NCBI GenBank assembly: GCA_963665235.2
Contig: CAXXLX010000002.1
Location: 352,001 to 416,000 of the forward strand
DNA from: Candidatus Poribacteria bacterium
Lineage (GTDB): Bacteria; Poribacteria; WGA-4E; WGA-3G
Direction of reading: 5' to 3'
DNA length: 64,000 bases
Positions 50,490 to 60,167 of the stretch are shown piece after piece. Under the pieces are notes generated by a model, which saw only the letters and a program-made list of their open reading frames with translations, did no database searches and was not told the origin of the DNA. The first letter of the stretch is position 1, and the number at the start of each line of letters is the position of its first letter. The position numbers and the translations under genes were made by a program.

Positions 50490-50502
50490 AAGGAGAGTCA
50501 TT

Positions 50503-51318
50503 GTGGACAACGGAACAGTTCATCTAACACCTGCACAACGGTTGCACTTCGATATCTACGGTTTCGTCTTATTAGAGAACGTTCTCAATAACGACGAAAT
50601 CCACCGGATGAAAGATGCACTCTACAGAATCAAAGCCGATGAAAACCTTGATGATAAAAGGGTCTATGCCCGTTGGCACGGTGAACACCATGTGCAATTA
50701 GGGAATCTTGTTGAATACGATTCCGCACTGTTGGACTATGCGGTGCATCCCAAACTTGTGCCACTCGTTGAGGAAGTTGTCGGCGGCGGGGTACGACTCG
50801 AGGAAACCGAAGCCATCATTAACAGACGAAATCCGGACGTAGATGTGGGAGCACTTCACAAACGCCGCTATAATCCAACCGGCTTCCACCGCGGAACAAA
50901 ACACGGTTGGGGCACCTATATGGAACAGAACAAATTTCACTGCATCTTTGTGAAGACGCTCGCCTACCTAACAGATGTCGGCCCCGATGATGGCGGCACA
51001 TGCGTCATACCGGGGAGTCACCGCTTAACGTGGAATCAAAACGAAATGATCGAAGCGGCCTTAGCCGATGATAAACTTATCCATCAAGTTGAAACATCAG
51101 CAGGCTCCGTCCTACTTTTCGCAGAATCCCTCGTTCACAGTACAACTGCTATCCGTAGCGATAAGGAACGGGTCATTCTCATTGCAGGCTATACGCCGCC
51201 AATGGTGCGTGAATGGCCAGGTTGCGAGATTAGTCCTGAATTCATTGAGACGCTCCCCGAAGAAATCCGTCCCCTTGTCTCTGGAAGCGACAGTTGGCAT
51301 TGGAAACGACGCTATTAA
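50503..51318 (+). CDS. PhyH-family Fe(II)/2OG enzyme with an HxG motif
   Basis: FDIYGF, FHRG, YLTDVGPDDGGT.VIPGSH, GSVLLF.ESLVH...R. AAGGAG SD before GTG. Confidence 0.85.
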   Translation: MDNGTVHLTPAQRLHFDIYGFVLLENVLNNDEIHRMKDALYRIKADENLDDKRVYARWHGEHHVQLGNLVEYDSALLDYAVHPKLVPLVEEVVGGGVRLEETEAIINRRNPDVDVGALHKRRYNPTGFHRGTKHGWGTYMEQNKFHCIFVKTLAYLTDVGPDDGGTCVIPGSHRLTWNQNEMIEAALADDKLIHQVETSAGSVLLFAESLVHSTTAIRSDKERVILIAGYTPPMVREWPGCEISPEFIETLPEEIRPLVSGSDSWHWKRRY

Positions 51319-51496
51319 AGAGCTACAAAACTGGGGTGGGTAAAGTTTTTGTCAAAAGGATGGGGTGGAAGAGTGGAAGAGTGGAAGCGGAAGAAGTTGT
51401 CTAAATTGCAGATTGGCGTGGATTGCGCAGATTTTGCGGATTTTTCAGAGCCCTCTTTCTCTTGCTAATGGTTTCCAACAGCCAACAGCCATATTT

Positions 51497-52285
51497 ATGA
51501 ACCAGCATTTATCGGTCGAAACACCAGAACAGATTGAACTCAACTTCCAGCGAGCAGGTATAGGGACGCGGTTTTATGCGGCACTCATAGATACGGCTTT
51601 GCTGTCTCTCATTATATTTGGGGGTGCCTATATAATTCGGGTGATAATAATTGACCTTGATGGTTTCATTGGGAATTGGCTCGGTGCGGTGAGTGCTGTC
51701 ATTGTTTTCGCACTGACTTGGGGCTACTATATGGTATTTGAAATTACAACGAATGGCCAGTCGCCCGGGAAAATGGCATTGGGCATCCGAGTTATCAAAG
51801 AGGGTGGGTATCCTATCAATTTCTCCGACTCGGCAGTCCGAAATTTGGTCCGAATCGTCGATTTTCTACCGTTCTGTTACGGAATCGGTCTGTTTTGCAT
51901 GTTGCTAAATAAAAACTGGCAGCGGTTAGGCGACTTAGCTGCTGGCACGCTCCTTGTGAAGGTGACGCGCTCAGAAATTGGCACTACCGTTTCCGAAGCC
52001 ACAGCAAACGTCCAGGTCAGCGACAGTCAGCCCAGGACGTATCTCTATGCAGAATGGATACAACCCGCGCTCGTCACCGACACTGAATTCGGGGTGATAC
52101 GCGAATATCTCGCTCGACGCCCGAAGCTTTCAACAATTCGCCGCACAGAACTCGCCCGAACTATCGGCAGTCCCCTTGCTCAAAAGATGGGCGGCACCGG
52201 CAGCAATTGGATACGACAAATTCTTAGAGGAGGTCTATGCACTAAAGGTAGCAGAGACCTCCTAACGCTGTTAAGGAATAATTAG
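51497..52285 (+). CDS. RDD-family membrane protein
   Basis: ETPEQ, AGIGTRFYAALID, GQSPGK..LGIRV, RNLVRIVD, QRLGDLAAGT. Possible frameshift near the C-terminus. Confidence 0.9.
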   Translation: MNQHLSVETPEQIELNFQRAGIGTRFYAALIDTALLSLIIFGGAYIIRVIIIDLDGFIGNWLGAVSAVIVFALTWGYYMVFEITTNGQSPGKMALGIRVIKEGGYPINFSDSAVRNLVRIVDFLPFCYGIGLFCMLLNKNWQRLGDLAAGTLLVKVTRSEIGTTVSEATANVQVSDSQPRTYLYAEWIQPALVTDTEFGVIREYLARRPKLSTIRRTELARTIGSPLAQKMGGTGSNWIRQILRGGLCTKGSRDLLTLLRNN

Positions 52286-53203
52286 GTGGAAACCGGTATC
52301 CAAAATCAACCGACTACGCTGCGGCCTCTAGGGTTCGGGGAACTGCTTGATACGACCCTCACTCTATATCGGACGCATCTCCTACGATTTCTCGGTATTG
52401 CCTCCTCCTATTTTACCACTATCGTTGTTGGGTCAGCAATTAGTGTCTTCAAAAGCTCAGGAGGTCAAGATGGGGGGCAAGCAATTTGGATTCCAACAAT
52501 AATCACAATCTTCGGGATTACCGTTATCGTGATTGGGGGACTTATATCGGCAACGTCGCAAGCCTATCTTGAGAACACTATTAGAACGGGGGCTGCACTC
52601 AAGCCGGGAATACGTCGATTTTTTAGTTGTGTTTTCGGTGCCGTCCTTTATGGCTCGCTTGCAATTATCGCCACATTTCTCACTGGGGCATCTTTAGGGG
52701 TTTTCTTTCAAGCCATTCCGATTTTTTTTCTGCTTGCATTCCCAATTTTCGTTTTCATAGTGGTCTATTTCGTAACCGATTGGTTTTTCTTTACCGCTGC
52801 CATTTTAATAGAAGGAAAATCGATGCGGAATGCAGTAAAACGCGGACGCGACTTAATCAGAGGGCGGACGTTTCAAATCGGCGGCACAATGATAGCTATT
52901 TTCCTACTCTATATCGGCATCGGTTTCATCTTCCGTTTCTCCTTAGGCATTTCGCTCACCTTTACCGGACTCACGAACATGACGAATTTGATGCAGGAAT
53001 TTAACTCGCTAATGTTCATCCGACCCCCAGTCATTCAAGGCGAGTTGAGCCTCTCAAATATAGTGTTGTACCTAATTTACTTAAGTGTTGATACCATCAC
53101 GATGCCAATTTGGATTATTGGAGCGACACTTCTCTATTTTGACCAACGTATTCGGAAAGAGGGATTTGATATTGAAATAATGGCGACGCGCCAAGGCGGA
53201 TAG
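52286..53203 (+). CDS. Multi-pass membrane protein (GDPD-membrane-domain-like)
   Basis: LRPLGFGELLD...YR..., LLYFDQRIRKEGFDIE. Confidence 0.75.
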   Translation: METGIQNQPTTLRPLGFGELLDTTLTLYRTHLLRFLGIASSYFTTIVVGSAISVFKSSGGQDGGQAIWIPTIITIFGITVIVIGGLISATSQAYLENTIRTGAALKPGIRRFFSCVFGAVLYGSLAIIATFLTGASLGVFFQAIPIFFLLAFPIFVFIVVYFVTDWFFFTAAILIEGKSMRNAVKRGRDLIRGRTFQIGGTMIAIFLLYIGIGFIFRFSLGISLTFTGLTNMTNLMQEFNSLMFIRPPVIQGELSLSNIVLYLIYLSVDTITMPIWIIGATLLYFDQRIRKEGFDIEIMATRQGG

Positions 53204-53228
53204 AAAAATGTAGAAACACCCTCCTCAG

Positions 53229-54377
53229 TCAGGAACGCTCCTTATTGCTGATAACCTGTAGCGCGTCCTGAATTTCCGTTATGACTGCCGCATCGGTTTC
53301 ACATGTTAATCGGGTTCGCAAACTCTGTTCAGCCGTTTTCCCACCGATTTGTCCTAATGCCCACGCCGTGTGGCTACGAATTAGCGGTTCATCGTCAGTC
53401 AATGTCTTTTGAAGGGCGGGGACAGCGGCGCGCCCCCTCCAATTTCCGATAGCAACGATAACATTGCGTAAAAACCCGCGCCGTTTTGCACGTTTGATAG
53501 GGCTCCCCTTAAACCTTTTGCTAAACTCAGGCTGCGTCATACCGACCAGCGTCAGCAATTCGGGGGCGAGATTCCCGCTTCGCGGGTAAAATGCCGGTTC
53601 ATTTGTAGGGGAAGCTTTGCTGTTCCAAGGACAGACCTCTTGACAGATGTCACATCCAAAAATGAGGTTGCCCATTTTCGAACGGAGGTGCTGCGGAATA
53701 CTATCCTTCAATTCAATAGTGAGATAGGAGATGCACAGCCTGGAATCCAGTACGTTCGGTTTAATAAACGCATCGGTAGGGCATGCCTCAATACATTTTG
53801 TACACGTACCACAACTGCCCCGAAGCGGTTCCGCTTCAGGCTCCAATTCAATACTCACCAGTACTTCCGCTATAAAGTACCAGGAGCCGGAACGCCAATT
53901 AATCAGGTTGGTATTTTTTCCTATCCAACCGAGTTTCGCTTTCTGGGCATATTCCCTTTCCAAGATGGGGCCCGAATCTACAAAGACACGGCTCTTGAGT
54001 CTACTTTCAGCGGTGTGCTTAATGAATTCAACAAGACGATTGAGACGTTCACGGATAACGTCGTGATAGTCGTCACCCCAGGCGTATCGAGAAATCTGGC
54101 CTCGAGCCGGGTCGCTTGCGTCAGCTGCCGATGGGTCAACGGTATAATAGTTCATTGCGAGACTAATAACAGATTTCGCCTCTTGTAAGAGTCGCCGCGG
54201 GTCGACTTTGAGGGGGAGATGCTTTTCAAGATACCCCATCTTTCCCGCGTATCCATCTTCAATCCACTGTCGGTAAAGTTGAATTGTTTGGCTCTGTTCT
54301 GCTGGTGTAATTCCGACAAGTTCAAAACCGAGCGCGTGTGCGCGATTCTGAATTTGTTCGGTTAACGTGTCGCCCAT
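53229..54377 (-). CDS. queG: Epoxyqueuosine reductase
   Basis: SRYAWGDDYH, DSGPILER, GWIGKN, CGTCTKCIEACPT, CISYLTIE, FGCDICQEVCPWN, HEAT tail. Confidence 0.96.
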   Translation of the reverse strand: MGDTLTEQIQNRAHALGFELVGITPAEQSQTIQLYRQWIEDGYAGKMGYLEKHLPLKVDPRRLLQEAKSVISLAMNYYTVDPSAADASDPARGQISRYAWGDDYHDVIRERLNRLVEFIKHTAESRLKSRVFVDSGPILEREYAQKAKLGWIGKNTNLINWRSGSWYFIAEVLVSIELEPEAEPLRGSCGTCTKCIEACPTDAFIKPNVLDSRLCISYLTIELKDSIPQHLRSKMGNLIFGCDICQEVCPWNSKASPTNEPAFYPRSGNLAPELLTLVGMTQPEFSKRFKGSPIKRAKRRGFLRNVIVAIGNWRGRAAVPALQKTLTDDEPLIRSHTAWALGQIGGKTAEQSLRTRLTCETDAAVITEIQDALQVISNKERS

Positions 54378-54420
54378 TTTTTCCTTTGTTACGGGGTATA
54401 TCAGAGTATGCCTACTCCTT

Positions 54421-55491
54421 TTAACGGCTTTTTGTTCCACGGGGATAAGAGCCCAGAACTTTAACGCTCTGGCAAACCGTCTTAAGTTGGGCGAGCGCGG
54501 CATCCACAGGTTCATCTGCAATATGCCCATCCATATCGGCGAAAAAGATATACTCCCACGCCTTAGAACGCGAAGGGAGGGATTCAATATAGCTGAGGTT
54601 TCGCTGATATTTCTCTAATATGCCCAACACTTCGTATAACGCGCCGACTTTGTCTTTCACAGAAAAAAAGAAGGAGGTGCAATCATCCCCACTTCTGTCG
54701 ACGGTTTCCGTGCCAATCACGAGAAAACGGGTCGTATTATTCGGATTATCCATAATGGAGTCTGCTACTACCGGTACGTGATAAATATCACTTGCGAGTT
54801 TGCTAGCGATTGCTGCAGCATTCGCTTCATTTGCTGCACGTTGTGCTGCCTCTGACGTACTCACAACTTCAACCTGCTCCACCGTTTTCACAAACTGATT
54901 TAGCCACATTCTGCATTGTGCAAAAGGCTGTCGATGTGAGTAGATACGTTGGATTTCTGTGAGAGAAACCCTTGATATCAGGTGGTGCCGAATAGGTTGA
55001 AAAATCTCAGCGCAGATTTTCAGCGGGGTATCTTGAAAACGTTCTAAAACATCCCGGACAGTCCCGTGTATAGAATTTTCTATGGCTACCACGCCGTAGT
55101 CAGCACGTCCAGTTTCCACCTCGGTAAAGATATCGGTCTGCGGCGTAATCGGCAGCATCTGAGCGGAGGTGCCGAAATGGACTAAGCTTGCAGTGTGTCC
55201 GAAACTTCCAGCAGGACCGAGGAAGGCAACCCGTTCGGGGGCTTGCAAAGCACGAGATGCCGAGAAAATTTCGGTCCAGATTTTCTCCAGGGCAGCGTCG
55301 GGAAATTTACCGCCGTTCTGCGCTTTCAATCGGTTGCGAATTTCGGTTTCACGCTGCGGCGAGTAGATTTCTATACCTGTCCCCGCTTTTACAGAACCGA
55401 CCTGTTTGGCAATATCCGCCCGTTTGTGAAGCAGTGCCAAAATTTCGTCATCTATCTCGTTAAGTTGGTCTCGATATTTCTTAAGTTCCAA
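54421..55491 (-). CDS. pheA: Chorismate mutase / prephenate dehydratase
   Basis: N-terminal CM (R..L.EID..I..L..R), FLGP.GS, ENS..G.V, SH.Q..QC, N.TRF, IES.PS, LGSYP. Confidence 0.95.
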   Translation of the reverse strand: MELKKYRDQLNEIDDEILALLHKRADIAKQVGSVKAGTGIEIYSPQRETEIRNRLKAQNGGKFPDAALEKIWTEIFSASRALQAPERVAFLGPAGSFGHTASLVHFGTSAQMLPITPQTDIFTEVETGRADYGVVAIENSIHGTVRDVLERFQDTPLKICAEIFQPIRHHLISRVSLTEIQRIYSHRQPFAQCRMWLNQFVKTVEQVEVVSTSEAAQRAANEANAAAIASKLASDIYHVPVVADSIMDNPNNTTRFLVIGTETVDRSGDDCTSFFFSVKDKVGALYEVLGILEKYQRNLSYIESLPSRSKAWEYIFFADMDGHIADEPVDAALAQLKTVCQSVKVLGSYPRGTKSR

Positions 55492-55574
55492 ATCTTTGAT
55501 GTTCCTTGCCGTTTTGATTGTGACGCATCTTATAGTAGCTCTTATAATTATTTATACACGCGGTGAGAATCGCA

Positions 55575-55666
55575 CGGGCGGGGAGACCCCGCCCCTACAA
55601 GTAATTTATGAGATACGCTCTAATAGCGTAACGGCTCGTACACGACGGGCGATGAATCGCCCTACT
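55575..55666. repeat. Two GTAG-family REPs
   Basis: CGGGCGGGGAGACCCCGCCCCTAC and CGGGCGATGAATCGCCCTAC. The first has an inverted copy at 63329. Confidence 0.7.
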
Positions 55667-55675
55667 ACGAACCGA

Positions 55676-55924
55676 CTACTCCCCGTTCAATTCCCTCATA
55701 GCGGCAATCATCTCATCATCTGAGGGATTGTCTTTCACCATCTGAACGAATTCGTCAGGCGTTAGCTTATGTTCCTCCAGGAACATTCTGTCCTGCGGTC
55801 ACGGGTAAATATATTCCCCGATGATGCCAGCCATCTTCGCGTTCGCTTTGTCCGAAATTCTGGCTAACCAAGGAATGCCGCCGATAATCATATCACGGTG
55901 CCGCGGTTTCCAATCGAGAGACAT
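55676..55924 (-). CDS. DUF5069-like small protein with an in-frame UGA (putative selenocysteine at codon 42)
   Basis: AAGGAGG SD. MSLDWKPR...GGIPWLARISDKANA...GEYIYP-UGA-PQDRMFL...TPDEF......SDDEM continues in frame. Hairpin 12 nt after the UGA. Confidence 0.75.
55769..55786 (-). promoter_or_regulatory. Putative bacterial SECIS stem-loop
   Basis: AUGUUCC-UGGA-GGAACAU, a perfect 7-bp stem with a G-containing loop, starting 12 nt 3' of the UGA. Confidence 0.6.
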
Positions 55925-55973
55925 CTTTTTCACCTCCTTTAGTAATAGCATAGCAGCATTCGGAGCATGCCTG

Positions 55974-58900
55974 CTATTGGATATTTTCCTCAAGTTGCCC
56001 CAAGGTTTTCCCTAACAATTCAATGTTTCGTCCGTATTCCGCCCAGTCTCCGTTGCGTTGTGCGTTCTGCGCGCTATTATAGTAGACGCTCGCCTGTTTA
56101 ATTAATCCCTGAAACGATGTTTCACCTTCGCTAGGCTCGGTTACCTCAACGGTATCACCGGCGGTAGATGTAGTGGATTCAATTTGGGCACCCGCCCTCT
56201 TCATGAACATCGTTTTAAGTGCCTCATCGAGACTTTCGCCCCAGACGACATCCTCCTCATATCCGATGACAACGCGGCGGAGTTCCGGTATCGCGGTTTC
56301 TTCATCTTCGGACTGAATATAGATGGGTTCCACATAAAGCAGCGAGTTGTTCATTGGCATAATTAAGAGGTTGCCGCGCAGAACACGTGTGCCTTCTGTG
56401 TTCCATAAACTGATTTGCTGCGAAATCTCAGGTTTTTGACTAATAAAGTTTTCAACCTGCATCGGCCCGGGCACCAATTTCCGTTTAGGAAATCGGTAGA
56501 CAAGCAGCTGACCATATTGTGGTAAATCGCATCGAGCGGCGAGCCACGCGATGAGATTCGGTTTGTTCCGAGGGGTATACGGAATCATCAACATAAACTC
56601 TGCCTTCTCTTCCCCCGGAAGCCTGAGCACAACGTAGTAAGGCTCTACTGGCTGCACGTTGCTCGGTGATTTTTGAACAATTGGACGCCGTTGCGCGAAC
56701 GGTGTCGTTGGCTGCGCTGTAACGGGCTGAGTGCTTTGTGCATCCGTGTTGTCATACAGTTCAGTCCCGATTTCCCACTGGTCCTCACCTGCATAAAAGG
56801 TTACCGGGTCTTTCATGTGATAATCTTGATAGATACGTGCCTGTATAAGGAACATTGTCGTTGGATAGCGGATATGCGCTTTCAGTTCAGCGGGCATCTC
56901 CTCGAACGTCTTGAAAAGCTTCGGAAAAATTTTGCGATAGCACTCCGCAATTGGATCTTGTTCCTGTTCAATGAGATAAAAATCAACTGTACCATCGTAA
57001 GCATCAACAACAACCTTCACAGAATTTCGGATGTAATTTCCCCACGATTGGTTATCCCTCCGCTGCATGAATTCCTCCGTAGAAACAGCATACGGGTACC
57101 GGTGCGTGACGGTATACGCATCAATCATCCAGACAAGTTTGCCGTTATAGATAACAGCGTACGGGTCGCCATCGTACCGCAAGAACGGGGCAATTTTAAG
57201 GATGCGCTCCTTGATATTTCGCTTGTAAAGCACACGGCTTTTTGACGTAATTTCACCCGGCAACACAAATTTGATTTCGTTATTAAACTTCAGCATGTAC
57301 ACCAGCTTCCGCCAGAAAGAGGATAGCACAACACCACCTTTACCTTGATAGGCGTAGTCAACGTACTGTTGTCCCTCCTTCGGATAATCAAACTCAAGCT
57401 TTAGCTCGGTACGTTCCGGGTGCACAATGACATACCGATTCGTCCGTTCACCGTAGTAGACACGGGGCCCCGGTTTATCCGGCTCGCCATCAAACCTAAA
57501 CGGCCATTCTGATTCATACTCAATCGGGGGCAATCCTTTAATGTACATATAAGGTTTACCGTTATCGATTTCGTTTACTGGACTGACCACAGCCCCATAA
57601 CCGTGTGTATAGGTATAAGTCTGCTTATACCAATCATTTCTCACAGCCGGCGGGAGGTCCTCTATATTTAGTTCTCGTACAGAGAGCATCACCTGCTGCG
57701 GATCATCTTCAAGCGTATATCTATCAATATCAACATCGAAAAAATCGTACTGTGAACGTAACTCTTGGAGTTGTCTGAAGGTTCGGCGTAGCGGTCGCCA
57801 ATCCCAAAGACGGATACTATTAATGACAGGCTCGTTCTCGGGACTCATTATGTCAGTATATGCAAGCTCCTCTGTCAGTGGATATTCCTCTTCCGTCACA
57901 GTATTATCCTCTAAACCGTAAGCGTGAAGCGTCGCCTTGATATTGTAATTGATATATTTTTCCTCTAACACCTGTTTATTCGGTTCAACCCGCCACGTCT
58001 GTATCAGTTTCGGGTACATCTGACCGAGCAAACCAGCGGCTATAAATATACCCAATGCCCCGAAAGCAAACGTGTTGCGTTTCAGGAAAATGCTCACAAT
58101 CAGAACTATGGCACACACCAAGGTTAGCCAGAAGAGAATATGTAGCACTGGCAGCCGTGCCTGTATTGCAGCGTAACCCCCACCGCCACGCACAACATCG
58201 TTTGAGGTATAGAGAAGGTCATACATTGCAAAGCGGTAGTTCCACATTCGGAAAAGAAGCGTCACACCGCCTAAAGCGAACAGATGTGCTTTCACAGCAG
58301 GGGGGGGTTGAAACCGGAACTCATTTGTGTCGCCTGTTATTAACCCGTGGAAAAAGTAGATAATCAACGCAAAAACTGTCACTAATAGGAACAGACCGAA
58401 AAGCGTTCCGCAGATATATCGCTCCATCGGCATTTTAAACACATAATAGGCAACATCCTTATTAAAAACTGGGTCGCGAGCTGGAGATGTGAAAAACGCT
58501 TTCTGCCCCACCTCTATCTGAACCGGTGTACTCAAACGGATACCGTTTGGCAACATTGCTTCCACACTCCCTGTTTGTTCATTCCCATCAACGTGAACGG
58601 TCACTTCGTCACCGACCTGTATCTTTTTCGCCGCTAATTCTAACGTTGAGACAGGTATTTCAGGGGAATCGAGGTTGTTTTCTACAACAATAGGCGTGGC
58701 AGTGCGGAACATAAGTTCATCGGTATGGGTGTAACGTAAATAGACCTCCCAGCGGGCACTTGCAGCGTAACCCATCAAGATACTATATAAAATAGCAAGA
58801 AGCGCGAGACCCCCATAAATCAGTCTTCGCGTGTCCGGTTGGTCGCCTGTAAACTCTGTCCCTCCCATAAAGGTAGGGCTGAGATGTGCCGGTGTGAACC

Positions 58901-59117
58901 GATAGACCAAGTAGAGGTTAACCGAAAGGATTAGCAGATAGATTACCCCAACAATGGCCCCGACGAAGATTTTGGTCGACAGAATCTTGGTATAAACCCC
59001 AAGGTAGTTCACCATGTCGAACCATAAAAAATCTGGATAAATATTAATCCAAGCGGCAACAATACCAACAAGTACCGCTAAGATTGCGATAGTAATAATA
59101 AAACGTTTTTGAATCAT
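55974..59117 (-). CDS. UPF0182 family membrane protein
   Basis: D.LWF, DPVF.KD..YYVF..P, IRLWD, Y.F.DVDIDRY, YTHGYG, NYIRNSVK.VVDAYDG, PYY, GNLL..P..LLYVEP.Y, GDWAEYG. Confidence 0.95.
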   Translation of the reverse strand: MIQKRFIITIAILAVLVGIVAAWINIYPDFLWFDMVNYLGVYTKILSTKIFVGAIVGVIYLLILSVNLYLVYRFTPAHLSPTFMGGTEFTGDQPDTRRLIYGGLALLAILYSILMGYAASARWEVYLRYTHTDELMFRTATPIVVENNLDSPEIPVSTLELAAKKIQVGDEVTVHVDGNEQTGSVEAMLPNGIRLSTPVQIEVGQKAFFTSPARDPVFNKDVAYYVFKMPMERYICGTLFGLFLLVTVFALIIYFFHGLITGDTNEFRFQPPPAVKAHLFALGGVTLLFRMWNYRFAMYDLLYTSNDVVRGGGGYAAIQARLPVLHILFWLTLVCAIVLIVSIFLKRNTFAFGALGIFIAAGLLGQMYPKLIQTWRVEPNKQVLEEKYINYNIKATLHAYGLEDNTVTEEEYPLTEELAYTDIMSPENEPVINSIRLWDWRPLRRTFRQLQELRSQYDFFDVDIDRYTLEDDPQQVMLSVRELNIEDLPPAVRNDWYKQTYTYTHGYGAVVSPVNEIDNGKPYMYIKGLPPIEYESEWPFRFDGEPDKPGPRVYYGERTNRYVIVHPERTELKLEFDYPKEGQQYVDYAYQGKGGVVLSSFWRKLVYMLKFNNEIKFVLPGEITSKSRVLYKRNIKERILKIAPFLRYDGDPYAVIYNGKLVWMIDAYTVTHRYPYAVSTEEFMQRRDNQSWGNYIRNSVKVVVDAYDGTVDFYLIEQEQDPIAECYRKIFPKLFKTFEEMPAELKAHIRYPTTMFLIQARIYQDYHMKDPVTFYAGEDQWEIGTELYDNTDAQSTQPVTAQPTTPFAQRRPIVQKSPSNVQPVEPYYVVLRLPGEEKAEFMLMIPYTPRNKPNLIAWLAARCDLPQYGQLLVYRFPKRKLVPGPMQVENFISQKPEISQQISLWNTEGTRVLRGNLLIMPMNNSLLYVEPIYIQSEDEETAIPELRRVVIGYEEDVVWGESLDEALKTMFMKRAGAQIESTTSTAGDTVEVTEPSEGETSFQGLIKQASVYYNSAQNAQRNGDWAEYGRNIELLGKTLGQLEENIQ

Positions 59118-59254
59118 GAAGCCTCCGCCTCTTCTGTAGGAGCGAGCTGTGCTCGCGATTCCTTTTATGTTAGGAGCGAGCTGTGCTCGCGACCTCCACT
59201 GTTCCCAAAATGCAAAAATGCCGAAAACTAAATAAATAACTCCGATCTGTGTCT

Positions 59255-60092
59255 AACGCACCCGTAAGTCCGAACAACGTGAAGGGCTGGATATATGGCG
59301 CGTTGGCGATTAGCGATTGGCAATTAGCAATTAGCAAGAGGTTTGTGATGCTAAGAACATATCTGAAGCACGTCAGAGTCCACTTCCGCTTGCTATAGGT
59401 TTCAAATGTGTCCAACACACCCGTAAGCCCGAACAACGTGAAGGATTGGATATATGGCAATTTGGCAATTGGCAATTAGCAATTGGCAATTGGCAAGCGT
59501 TTTTGAAGCAAAACAGGTTTCTGATGTGCTTCAGAGCCCTCTTCCTCTTGCTATAGTTTTCCACTTTGTTTAACGCACCCGTAAGTCCGAACAACGTGAA
59601 GGACTGGGTATATGGCAATTTGGCAATTGGCAATTAGCAATTGGCAATTGGCAAGCGTTTTTGAAGCAAAACAGGTTTCTGATGTGCTTCAGAGCCCTCT
59701 TCCTCTTGCTATAGTTTTCCACTTTGTTTAACGCACCCGTAAGTCCGAACAACGTGAAGGACTGGGTATATGGCGCGTTGGCGATTAGCGATTGGCAATT
59801 AGCAATTAGCAAGAGGTTTGTGATGCTAAGAACATATCTGAAGCACGTCAGAGTCCACTTCCGCTTGCTATAGGTTTCAAATGTGTCCAACACACCCGTA
59901 AGTCCGAACAACGTGAAGGATTGGATATATGGCAATTTGGCAATTTGGCAATTAGCAATTGGCAATTGGCAAGCGTTTTTGAAGCAAAACAGGTTTCTGA
60001 TGTGCTTCAGAGCCCTCTTCCTCTTGCTATAGTTTTCCACTTTGTTTAACGCACCCGTAAGTCCGAACAACGTGAAGGACTGGGTATATGGC
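59255..60092. repeat. Tandem array of 158-159-bp composite units: a 45-bp hairpin core x6 plus heptamer-element linkers in order A-B-B-A-B
   Basis: Core AACGCACCCGTAAGTCCGAACAACGTGAAGGACTGGGTATATGGC at 59255, 59414, 59572, 59730, 59889 and 60048. Confidence 0.92.
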
Positions 60093-60167
60093 GAAAAACC
60101 TATGCAATCCACTACCCCTTATCAAACCGCAAGGAAATATTAAAAAATCAAACCGCAAGGAAATATT
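60048..60167 (+). repeat. Left 120-bp inverted repeat flanking the Omp85 gene
   Basis: About 90% identical (hand alignment) to the reverse complement of 63100-63219. Confidence 0.88.

Noticed and set aside
59251-60092. CRISPR array or integron attC array (cores start with RYYYAAC)
   Set aside because: Linkers are about 113 bp and of only two homologous types. Only type-A units close with GTT. There are no cassette ORFs and no intI.
59170-60112. ORFs 59170-59475, 59373-59633 and 59570-60112 (also 34708-35016, 43133-43336, 63135-63332)
   Set aside because: They are translations of non-coding repeats with no SD or domain signal.
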